Part shown: in pieces, positions 13,078 to 24,414 of the stretch
Layout of the letters: every line of letters begins with the position of its first letter
How positions within the stretch are numbered: the stretch's first letter is position 1
NCBI GenBank assembly: GCA_000002445.1
Contig: CH464491.1
Location: forward strand, 5,088,001-5,152,000
Origin: Trypanosoma brucei
Taxonomy: Eukaryota
DNA length: 64,000 bases
Direction of reading: 5' to 3'
Position numbers and translations under genes: made by a program
Notes under the pieces: generated by a model
Database searches by the model: none
What the model saw: only the letters and a program-made list of their open reading frames with translations
What the model was told of the DNA's origin: nothing

Positions 13078-14844
13078 TTTTATGTGATGTTAGACATTCG
13101 TCTCAATTCCGGTTTTTGCTATGTTTTCACTGCTGGTGGTCCGACAGATTCACCTTTTTTTATTTGAAAAGGAAGTTTATGACACGCGCCTCTAGTGGTT
13201 ATCCTAACGTTTGTCTCGTTTTTCAGTCGTCGGCGTTGGCTACTGTGCAGTCTGGTCCAATGTTTTTTTGCCGCTTGCGAGTGAGATTTTAAATTGCAGT
13301 CGAAACATCTTTTTCCTGTATTTCCCTCTCTCTCTATCTCTCCTATCTCCATATATTTTCCCTATGGTAAACACTCTCAATTCCGCATGTGGATTTGCTT
13401 CACTGAACTGCTGTAATATTTTCCCAAGTCACCATGACTCTCAGTACAAGTTTAGCAACTAGTTTGTCTGTTTTTGTGACCACGTCCTGACTAAAGTGAA
13501 GCTATTTTCTAGTTAGCTCCGTCGTTAGCCTCGTGTTTGCATTCAGATCATACGCTATTGCCGCTTCTAATATCGTAGTTAATCATGCTTCATAAATAGT
13601 TTCGGTTTTTGGATTCGCTTTGAGTGTATATAGTCTTGTTGTTGTGGGTGTGAATGCTTCTGGAATCCCTTTCGATACGTTTCTTTTAGCGGAGAAGAAA
13701 TTATTGCCTGGTGACAGTTACTTTGTAATCCAAAACTATAAGTTGCCTCCACTTAAAAAATTTCAAACCGTCTTTTTTTATCCATCAAATTTTGATTCAT
13801 TTTACCGCATCCCAGTTCCTGTATTTAAAAATCACTGAAAATTTTCTATTTCTAAATTTAAACATTTATAGCAGCTAGTGAATTATATATATATTTCAGT
13901 TTTATTTGTTTTTTTCGCGCCCATAATAGCAAATTAACGGTGGCTTTTTCACGAATCCGGTTGCTTTTCCGCTTTGGCTTCGTGTCGCGCTGTTCTGGTG
14001 TTTGCCGGGTTCTATTCTTAATACAGGGCACTTTTTCGCCAGAAAGTGTCGTCCCTTGTGCTTTTTCTTTGCTAACACGTGTGGGCTGCTACTGGTATGC
14101 TACCACATTTATATGGTCTACGTATTTCTCGAGTTATTCGGTGTGGCGCCTTTATAGCAATCCGGACACGCCGGTAGTTACCATTGATTCTCTCCAGTTA
14201 ATAAAGCTCTGCCAACAGTTTGTAAATTCATTATTTAAAGCAGTCTACAAATTTATTTTTTATTTTGCTTTATACTGTTCAAAACGTTGCCATAGCTTTA
14301 TAATTCTCCCCCATATAACATAAATTTTTCGGAAACAAATGTTGGCAACTTTTAATATAATAAATGAGAAAAAGACTGTGATATTGCCCCACAGTTACCC
14401 AATTTCTTATTCACAATTCTTATGATTTTGTTTCTTCTTCACAACTGGATATTAGGACCAGCTAGCAGACTAAAAGTCACAATCGATATCATTTACGACT
14501 GTTAATTTGTCTATTTGTGAGTTAAATCCATGGTATCATCAACAACTCGTCTTTATTGTTGTATATTATCTTTTTTCATCTTCGTTTGCTGCTGGTGCGA
14601 ATGACGTAGTGACTGTATTAAGCTGGTGTACTGGAATCCGTCGTTCCCTCACTGTCTCTTCCATCATCTCGATGTGTATGATAATGTCCATTGACATGTT
14701 TGTTGTTTTAAACATCGCATATTCCACATATTTTCCCCCTCTCATACTCCTCTTCACCCTTCAATTTTTTTATATACTCCTTGAACAATTTGTTTTGTTT
14801 AATGTTCTTCTATTTTTGTTGTCTATCTAATCTTAACTACCACT

Positions 14845-15070
14845 CTTATTATAATTTTCGTATACACACACTTACTACACTCTCCTATTATAATTATAAT
14901 TATCATCATTATCATCATTATCATCATTATCATCATTATCATTATTATCATCATTATCATCATTATCATTATTATCATTATTATTATTATTATTACTTCT
15001 CTTATTATAATATTTGTATATGCACACTCTCACAACACTCTCCTATCATTATCATTATTACTACTACTAC
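14845..15070 (-). repeat. Tandem 70-bp repeats (2 units) with extended (TAATGA/TAA)n tract
   Basis: Two copies of …ttataatttcgtatacacacacttactacactctcct… flank an imperfect (atcatt)n array. ORF 14781..15113 (HYHHYHH…) is an artefact of translating it. Confidence 0.75.
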
Positions 15071-15344
15071 AAAACTAACTAATATCCCATACCCTTTCAC
15101 TCTGCTACTTTAAAACCAGAGCCTACTTTCATTAATATTTCAAGTTTTTAGAAGTTTCTGTATTTGTACATTTTTATCAAATAATATTAGTGTATCTTTT
15201 TTTTTTTACAATTATATAAAAATTCAAATTTTCATATAATTGAGTAAAAATCCTTAAAATTATATCGAACTCAAAAAAGCAAAAGCCATTAGCTTCTATT
15301 TATTATGAAGGAGAAAACTGCCGTTTCGGCATTTAACCTTTTGC

Positions 15345-16700
15345 TTTTTTATCCTCGCCTTCTTTCCCACTTATCCATCCACAGGTAGGTGGTTTGCCTG
15401 CTGTGCTCACTGCCTCGAAAGATTTCTGATCCTGGTGACTAGAGCAGTCAGTTTTCCCATCATTTCTTTCTGTTTGTTGTTTTGATTTTTCTGCCTCTTT
15501 TTTTGCTTTCTCTGTGAGTTTGCACTTTTTTCTGTCTTATTCCATTCGCAACCCTCTTTGGTGTCGCATTCACCTTGATCCTTTCCTTCACATTTTTGTG
15601 GGTCTGTTTTAGTTACTTCACAATCTTGTTTTGCGCTTAACTTTTCCCCGAGATCACAAGCCGTTTTGTTCACTTCCATGTCGTTTCGGAAGAAGATGTC
15701 TCTTGCTTTTCTTAGCTGCTCTGTGTCCTTGTCTGCCCGGTGTTTTTTAATCATTTTGTGAATGGCTTTGGTTTCTTCTTTCGTTATTGTGATGACATTT
15801 GCTGGGTAATTATCGCCTAGGCTGCCCTGTGCGATATCGATGGTTAGGTCCGCCGGTTCGGCGGTGGCTACTAGCTGGAGAAGCTTAGCTGCTGCGGGCG
15901 TCGCTGTTCCGATGGTGCTTGACAGTGAAGCTGCTGCTGTGTGTACTTTGCCGATCCTGGAGGTTGATAGTAACTGCGCCGTTCTGCCCGCCGTGAAAGT
16001 TGGTGCATTTGCCGCGTTTGCCCCTAGAGTTATTAGACCGGCCATCATGGTCGTGCCTACAGATCCGGTTGTGGACCGCCCCCCGGTGTAGTGCATAAGT
16101 TTGCATGTGCTGCCGCTGCCTGTTATGCCGGTGTCGCCGCTCGGTAGCGCGTTCACAGCTGCGTGTATGTCGGCGGCCTGCAAATTTGGTCGCCATTCGC
16201 CGTCGTCGAAGTCGCCGCCTGCCTTGAGACACCCTGGTATGGCTGTGGACGAGACTGTGACTCCTGCGAACTCCGCTGCGTCGCTGACGCACTCCGATGT
16301 GCCTGCGTTTTTGCTGTTGAGTAAAAGGTGGGCGCTTTCCTGTATGTTTCCTGCGATGTTCGCAGCCGTTGCCGTTAGATCGAATATTTTGTTGAGATTG
16401 CTGCTCACTATATTTAGCGCTTGTTTTGCGCTGTGCCGTGCCAATTCGGCCACAAGCTTGGCTTTACTGTTTGCCGCCAAGGGCGAGCTCCTAACAATCG
16501 CTGCTAGGTCTTCGGCCAGGTCGCTTAATGTTTCCACGTCGGTAAGTCTGGCGGCTGTGTCATGGTTAGCTTTTTGCCCAGCTTCCCGTAGGCTCTGCGC
16601 TAGCGAACATGCCTTCTTCAAGTTGTCTGTTAGTATACCGACCGACGTCGATTCTACTGCTTGCAGGCATACACACGCGTCAGAATTATTAACGTCTTAT
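15345..16700 (-). pseudogene. VSG pseudogene (no signal peptide/ATG; C-terminal frameshift)
   Basis: 404-aa TTG-initiated ORF 15407..16621 is VSG-like throughout. An upstream in-frame stop replaces any signal peptide. The C-terminal domain drifts out of frame (…CGWISGKEGEDKKAKG* in the alternate frame) and has no GPI tail. Confidence 0.7.
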
Positions 16701-17639
16701 GATTTGTCATTCGTTTTGTTTAACAGCACTTCTCTTAAGCTGCTTCCTGTAGTTGGGTCAATTACGGCGTGAAGTTTTATACCTTGTTTAAGGTTGACAA
16801 GGTGGTTGTGCGAATGAAGGCGTTTGTGTAGTTAAATAACATCGCATAAGTTTTATAAAATTTTGTTTTCACCGTTTAATTGTTTTTTTGCTTCCTTTAT
16901 TTTCGATTTGTGCTGGCGCACGGCGGATGGTGCTGTCTTGATGCCTGCTAACCTCAGCCATGTGGATCCAGATAAACGAATTCTGTGGTCTACTGAGTAT
17001 CGCAGCGGTATCCGCTGCCGCTGGCTTCGGTGACATTTTTGTTAAGGACCGCAGTTATAGTCGTCTATTTTCCAAATTACTTGGTAACCCCTAGAAAGAT
17101 AAGCCAATCCATCTTTATAGCGCATTTATAAATCGGTTCCTGTTGGCTTTCTGTCCTTATATTAACAGAAAATCTGCAGTTACACTATGAACGGTTACTT
17201 TCTTGCTTAAGTGCTTGAAATCAGTATTCATGAGCAGAATAAAAACCACAGTTGCTACAATCTCTCTAGTTACAAAACTTTATTTTTGAGTAAAATGTGG
17301 AGAATCTGTGGTTCCTCCTTCGCCTTTCTGTGGAGCCGTGAATACAGTTGATTCGTTTTTTTCCTGTGTAGAGCACTATCATAGCACACAACGTAAAACG
17401 TTTGTTAGCCATGTACATATCACTAAATCCCTCCATCTCTGTCCACTCCATCATCTCCTGTGCATTTTCAATTCATTTCTTTTTTAATTAAAACTAACCA
17501 TGTTTTATTTACATTTCTCTCTCTTTCCTTTAATAATATTCTTCGTTCTCTCTATCACACGCATCTTATTGCTATTGCACATAAATATAGCTTTAAGTGC
17601 TTCTATTGTTATTATAGTACATTTATTCTTCAACACTAC

Positions 17640-17735
17640 CCTTATTATAATATAGTATGTACACTCTCACAACACTCTCCTATTATTATTATTATTATTA
17701 TTATTATTATCATTATTATTATTATTATTAACATA
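17640..17735 (-). repeat. 70-bp repeat unit
   Basis: cttattataatatagtatgtacactctcacaacactctcctattattattatt…. Confidence 0.75.
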
Positions 17736-18049
17736 ACTAATATTTATAAAATAAGCAAATCAAAATAGCACCCGCTTTTTATGCCCTATTATCCTATTAA
17801 TTTAATTACAGGTGCCTCTATCGTACAAAGATTTCATATTGTTGAGTTTCAAAATTTAATATTCTGAACAATTTCCACATTTTTATTTAATAGTGTTAAA
17901 ATGCAGCAAATTTTAGAACGTTTCATAAATTTATAAAATTCAGTATAAATCCATATAATATTAAAATACTTCAATCATTGTAAATTCAGAAACCATCAGG
18001 GCGAATTTTTGTTTACTAGAATAGAGGAATCCTTGCATTCTTTTCCATC

Positions 18050-19522
18050 CTATTTGCAATCAGTAGCCTTGGTGCATTCTTTTTGCTCTTTCCCTTTACA
18101 TTTCTCCTCTTTCTTTTCTTCCGCCTTCACTCCCTCTTTGAGGTTGCATTTTCCTTCTTTGTGTTCGCAATCTTTTTCCTCTTTGCATTTAGTTGCTTCA
18201 GTGTCTGGCTTGCATTTTTCTGTAGTTTTTGATTCTGCAGTGGTCTTAGGTTTAGCTTGTTGTTGTCTGCTGTTTTCTTTCCAGAAAACAACTGCTATTG
18301 CTTCCCCAAAATTTGCAGTGTTAGAGACCCCTACTATGTCTGGGTCGGCGTTTGTGGAGCCCACATTGTACGTTATTTTGTCATCTTTTAAGGGTTCAAT
18401 GAACTCCTTGTTGATATCGGTTGTATTTGGTCCGTATACTGCCGTTATTGCGGCTGTCCAGTCCGCGTCCGCTGCCGTTTCAGGTACCGATCCTTTCGTG
18501 AGCAGGAAAGCTATCTTCGCTGCCGGTGCCCCTTTGGCTATTTGTTTGCGCGTCAGACTTGTTGCTTTCGCCTCTTGTTTTATTAGGACTTTTTTGGCTT
18601 TACAGACCTTGTTTAACAGCGTTTTGTCTGTAATTACTAGTTTAAGCGGCTGTTTGTCGACGAAGCAGGCCGGGTCGTCCGGCCCTGTCTTTCCTAGCGC
18701 CTGTTTGGCTGGCACCTTTATTGCCGCCGGGGCTGCACTTGGTTTTGCGCCTACGCCGTTTACCACTGACGCTGGCGTTGTTGAGCTGGCTCCACAGTAT
18801 CCGGCTCCCTTAGGGCCGTTTGTACTGACGCTGCCGGCGGTTCCTTGCATGTGGATGTCAAAAGAAAGCTGCATGGGTTGGGGTTCAGTGTTTGGCGTTA
18901 GTGCTAGGTGTTTTAGTTCCCCTAACTCGGCGCTGAGCTTGTCTATGGCATCCTTGTAAGCTGCCATATTGTCGCATACGTCGTCTGTTTCCCCCGTTGT
19001 TGCATAGGTGGCGACACATTTTCCTTCCGCTGCTCCGTCGGCGCTTAGCCATTGTGCGCCCGTGCCTGTCCATTGGGCCTTGGCGGTTGCTTGGATCGCT
19101 TTCGTGGGACCAGTGAGCAGCTGCCCTAATACGCCGTTCCGTTTCTGCAGCGCTTCAATTGCCTCCTGTAGCGTCCGTGCTTTTCCTTTCAATGCAGCTT
19201 GTTGCCTGATCGCCGCGTCTGCTGCTATTGAGCTGAGGGCTGTGTACAGCATCTTCGCCTGCTTGTCGGTTGCTGCTGTCGCCGCGAGAAAAAACATGCG
19301 CGTCTCAGTGTTGAGGTCCGAAAGACGCTGCCGCGATTCTTGGATATTGGTACTGAAGTGTTCTGCCAGTTTCTTGTTAAAATAGATTTCGGCGCATGTG
19401 CTGGTGACCGCCGCTAAGCTTCCGTGGTCCGTTGATTGCGCAGTGGCGAGTGTACCCAGAAACACCACCAGTATGGCAGCGATTCTTCTTGCTAGTTCGT
19501 GCATCTGCATTCGCCTCCTCAT
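18050..19522 (-). pseudogene. VSG, full-length N-terminal domain; C-terminal domain cut by TAG in the CKW motif
   Basis: 490-aa ORF from ATG (MRRRMQMHELARRIAAILVVFLGTLATAQS signal) ends …CTKATDCK then TAG at 18050-18052 where Trp is expected. The reading frame continues DGKECKDSSILVNKNSP* and has no hydrophobic GPI tail. Confidence 0.75.
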
Positions 19523-21254
19523 TTTGTGTTTAACTTGAGTTAGGATGGATCAAATGGGACATTCAAGTTGTGTCCGTATTGTTCCGGACACATGGGAACG
19601 TTGGTCTAATCAATGTGATTTGCGTGGCGCATAGTTACACAATCCAAACACAAAACAATATCTTCCCATTTCTACCTGCCCGTTCTATACCCTTTATCAT
19701 AAACTATTCTCTCTTTATCAAATACTCTCGATTGCCCATACAGCTTCGTTTACTTCACCATAGAAATATCTTTCCCAGTGGTCTTCGATTTAAGCACTAG
19801 TTTCTCAGTGTGTAAAGCTGTTTTTGTCATCTACAACTGATTAAAGTGCAGCTTCCTTTCAGTTAACTTATATGCTGTTCCCCTTTCCACTTGCAGTTCA
19901 TGCGCTATTCCTGAAGCTACTCTTGCAGTTAGTTACGCTCTGTAGATTATTTTTTTTTTGAATTCACTGTGTGTGCATATAGTAGTTTTGTTGTGTTTTT
20001 TGAATGCTATTGGACGCATTTTTGTATGACTTTTTTCTTCAATGTGCATATTAATGGGCGAAAATTTTACAATACACTAGCTAAGAGGAGGAAATGCGTA
20101 TATGCACACCATATCACATGGAATGATAGTCCGGAACTCAGCCCTGGAGAACGAGGCACTAACCACTAAAACCCTCTTAGGTGGAGGTTATTGCCTACCC
20201 ACATCGACAGTGGCTTGTGACAAAGAGTCGCACGGTGGTCTAAAAAGACGGCCTCCTTTTCGGCCTGCTACTCCGCCTATAGCTTCTGTGGCATCTAACC
20301 CTGCGAAGTCAGCCGCTAGCTGTAAAGCTAGTGGCGCGTATGCGACTTTGATTGACTCCCTTTGAACAGGGTCCTTAACTGCGAAACATGAAGTAGCCAC
20401 TTTTTCTCGGAATGATTTGCGCTACACATACATAAATATCTTCAACGTCCAAAAGTACACTTGCCCTGGCGCCACAGACATCACTCACTGTAACTGATAT
20501 GCCAGTGTTCGTGTGGTAACAGTTAGTTTCCCCTGAAAATTTTAATTCTTCCTGGGTGCTAGACCCTGACACCACGATGAGGCTGCTAACACTAACATCA
20601 CATAATATGCTTTACTTTGAGTAGCTTCAGTGTTTTCATTCTTCTTTTTCTATACACGGTAATTCATTTGTAGTCTCATGTTTAAAATAATACTCATAGT
20701 ATTATTTTGTTTGGCGAAAATATTGGTATTTATTATTATATCTGATGAGTAAAAGAATTTTATATTACTTACTACACTTACGTAATTCCTTCTTTCTGCT
20801 CCTGCATCTACTACTTCTTCACGGCTAGGTATTAGGTTCCACCATCTCATTAAAAACATATTTATCAACATTTATAAAATAGAATCTATCACTTTGTGAG
20901 TAAAATGTGAAGTACATTATCTTTATGTATTATTTTCTTCTTTTGTGTGCTGTTTTTTATTCTGCCATTTCACCATGTTTTTCCCCTAATTTTTTGCGTA
21001 GCTTTGCTTCTTTTGTAGGTAGCTTACTGACTTTATTTGGCTTGCAAACTGGACTCCGCCTTTCCTTCATTTACATATCCATCATCTCCTTGTGTAAAAT
21101 AATGAGTTGTAATCACATTTGTGTTAAAAAAACGCATATTCTATTTCCCTTTCTTCCTCTCTTTCACTTACTCTCTTACTCGAGTTACACAGTTATGTCC
21201 TTTATATCTTTTAATGCTTTTATTTTCAGTCTACAGTCGTTCTCCACCATCATC

Positions 21255-21430
21255 CTCATAATAATATTCGTATACACACACTCACAACACACTCCTATTA
21301 TTATTAATATTATTATCATTATTATTATTACTGCTGTTATTATAATATTCGTATACACACACTCACAACACTTTCCTATTATTATTAATATTATTATCAT
21401 TATTATTATTACTGCTGTTATTATAACTAT
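21255..21430 (-). repeat. Tandem 70-bp repeats (2 near-identical units)
   Basis: The unit ataatattcgtatacacacactcacaacac(a/t)ctcctattattattaatattattatcattattattattactgctgttatt occurs twice in tandem. Confidence 0.8.
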
Positions 21431-21630
21431 AAATGATGTCCATAAAATAAGTAAATAAATATAGTTAGAATATCACTCATTTTTCTCACCATGTCACCCT
21501 CTACTCTACACTTAGAGGCTATAATCATGTATATTTTATTGAAATGTCACCAAAGGGTGTTAATACCAAATTTTTGAAAATTTAGAAAATTATCATAATT
21601 TAATAGAGTTGAGAAAATGTCCTTAAAATT

Positions 21631-23481
21631 CTAAATTACTACTAAACTCACAAAATCAGCATCTATAAGAGCCAATTTCTTATTTAAATTAAAGCTACTA
21701 TTACGGTTCTTTTCTGTTTCCTTTTCATCTTCACCCTCTTTTCCCTTCCTCCATGCACAATTTTGTTTATCGCCTGTTTTGTCATTTTCACAAACTGCCT
21801 TATCAGTTCCGTGTTTTGCACATCTAGCTGAAGCTCCATCTCCTGTTGTTGTTCCTGCGGCTGTTCCTACTGTCCCTCTTTTAGGTTTACATTCCATTTT
21901 TTATCATATTCGCATCCGTTGTTTGTGCAATTCGTTTCATTGTTGTTGAATATAGCGCATTTATTATGTTCCTCTACTATGGGTTCTGTGACTCCCCCTG
22001 CTGGTGTGTTGGCACTTTCCGGTGACGTACATGTCAGCCGTACGCAAAAAAGCTTCCATTTGCGTAGCAATTGTCTCTGATTCTTTTACCTAGGCTGCGG
22101 CTGCCCGTGCTTCGTTACTGATTTGTGCTAACTTTTGTTGAGCATCCTGGAGCGCTTTGATCCATGCTATATTTTTTTCATGTTTCAGTAATTTAACGTA
22201 GTCTATGAAATTCCCTTTGTTTGCGGTTGCTAAGTCGGAGCCGCCGGTGTGGTCGCATGTGGTTTGCGACGTGGATGCCACATTGTACGCGCCGAATAAA
22301 GCCCTGTGTTTGCCGGCGTGCGTTGCCGCATTTCCCAGGCTTGCCTGCGCGATCCAGTTAGTCCCCAGGTCAGCGTGAAAATTTTCACTTGCCGCAACTA
22401 TGTTTGTGCCTGTGACCTCCGTTTCTGCCGTTCTTGCGGCTGCTTCGCACGCGCCCGCCAGCATCTTAAATGCCGCTTCTGCTTTCGGCTGATTCCCCGA
22501 ACCCGCGTTAAAGTCTCCCGCCACTGCAGGTGCCGTGCCGCACGGGTTTTCTTGTGTCGAGTGGGCGGTAACACACAGACAGAGCAGATCTGTTGCTAGT
22601 GCCTGTTCGACTTGGTCCGCTGTCTATGTTGCTTTTTTGCATGTGGTTACTCGGGTCGATGAGTCCTCCCAAGGGAATTTCTTGTTTGTTGGTTGTGCAA
22701 ACGCTGCATCTGGTTCAGTGAGCGAGTTTATTGTTGTTGCTGCTCCGCTGCCGTAGGGCACGGTAAGTAGCGCTTTTCGTGTTTGAAGCCTTGTTGTTGT
22801 TATTGTGGCGTCTAATTTGTTTACTTCTGTATTAATCTTTTCTGTGTCGGCTGCCAGTCTCGCAAGTTTTGGTTTGAACATTCTTCTTTTGCTTTCACTG
22901 AGTGGGAGGCCATACTCCGCGTTGAATGCCTTCAGTTACTCATTGTTCTCTTGCATGTCGTTGTAATCTTTGATCATGGCGTCAAGTAAGTTGCTGTCTA
23001 TTCCGGCAAAAAGATTTTTGACTGGACTGCTCTCTTCCTGCAACTTGGCTGCTGTGCCGTACTTTTCCTTTGCTTTTAGAGCCTCAGTCATTTGAGGCTC
23101 TGCCGCCGTTAAATTTAGGTTGATTATTTTTGCTGGGATAGGTTTCATTCTGCTCTTGGAAGTTTCTGCTTGGTTAGCTAGACCGATTACCGCCATTTTT
23201 GGCTCAGGTGGCACCGCCGTTAAAAGTTTGTAAATTACACAGAGATCCATGAACTCTTTCGCTTTCTCACTGGTGCTGTTCGCATATCCCAATGTGAGAG
23301 TTGTGATGAGAACCAGCTTCGTAAACAGCTTCGCGAGTATTTGTGTTTTTATTTCGCTATTCGGAAAAGTAAATTGTGGGAAGTTAAAAGTATAAAAATT
23401 CTGCGTAACATATGAGGAAAAATGAATTGTTTTTGGCTTCAGTTTCTGTGATATTGAAGAGGTCTTAAAAACAGCACTCAT
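21631..23481 (-). pseudogene. VSG pseudogene (3 out-of-frame segments)
   Basis: 22936..23481 gives the N-terminus with LAKLFTKLVLITTLTLGYANS signal. 22090..22524 gives the mid domain. 21631..21897 gives the C-terminal domain …CENDKTGDKQNCAWRKGKEGEDEKETEKNRNSSFNLNKKLALIDADFVSLVVI*. Confidence 0.75.
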
Positions 23482-24414
23482 TTAAGCAAAATAATCTTCT
23501 AATTTTGAATCTAACCTATAGCATTCTATATCTATATCTGAAAACACTTAATATTTATGGTTCTCAATCGTTTATATCATATGCCAATTTTTCACCTTGT
23601 TCTCACTTTAAATAACCGAGTAATTCTGCATCTACAGGACGCAATTGATCTTGCATTTTGTTTGGAATCATATGGTAATAATTTTAGTCAAAGGCGTTTG
23701 GAAATGGGTAATTTTTGGCCAGAAAGAGCCATTTTTTCAGTTTTTACTTAAGGCAAGGTGCATATTGTGGCTTAAAAACATATTTTCATGAATTATTCGC
23801 TTTTTTAAAGGTCTAAATGCCTTTCGAAAATACTAATACGGAATTAGAAGAGTATCAGCATAAACTTTTTAATACTCATATAAAGCTGCTCCATTGGTTT
23901 ATATACGCGCTGTATTCAGTAATATCTAAGTTATTACTCTTTTACTGTCCAGGATAATCTATTAGTAGTTATTGTTTTAATATTGCCCTCCCAGTAATAT
24001 TATATTGTTTCTCACAAATGTTAGTCATTACTATAATTAATGAGAAAAAGACATTGATGATACCTCACTTTTACGCAATACCTCCTCTCTGTTCCAGCTC
24101 TTTCCTCTTCACAACTTGGAATTAGAATCCGTAATCAGCATAAAAATTAGAGTTCGCACCATCACAGCCGTTAAAAATATTCCCTTCTTTGCCAAATACA
24201 CAACATCAATGTCTCATATGCCCCACCTGATGTATTATTTTCTTCTACTTTGTGCTGTACTGTCATTTCACCCAGTGATGTATCTCCTCCTTTTTATTTT
24301 ATACTTCTCTTTTTTTTACTGCGAGAAACATAGAAATGAAACTTCCCACTTACACTGTTTTTTCACTTACTCAACACCTTGTCTATAATGATTTGAATAC
24401 TCGTTTTTGTGTTT

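Noticed and set aside
14845..15070. Possible CRISPR array reading of the regularly spaced 70-bp repeats
   Set aside because: The repeats are imperfect, triplet-rich and separated by kilobases of VSG-containing DNA, not short unique spacers. There are no cas genes. The whole locus is eukaryotic (ingi, VSG, telomere hexamers).
18009..18959. Long plus-strand ORFs antisense to VSGs (for example 18009..18959, 16101..16772, 46387..46953, 38842..39465, 32017..32562)
   Set aside because: They lie entirely opposite strongly supported VSG coding sequence. Their composition (Ser/Ala/Leu/Cys runs) is what the reverse complement of Ala/Thr/Lys-rich VSG codons produces. They have no domain motifs.
20907..21458. 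ORFs in the inter-VSG spacers (for example 20907..21458, 13940..14323, 6096..6377, 59096..59419)
   Set aside because: They are low-complexity, Phe/Leu/Ile-rich translations of AT-rich spacer and 70-bp-flanking DNA. They show no periodicity or motifs. I treated them as non-coding.
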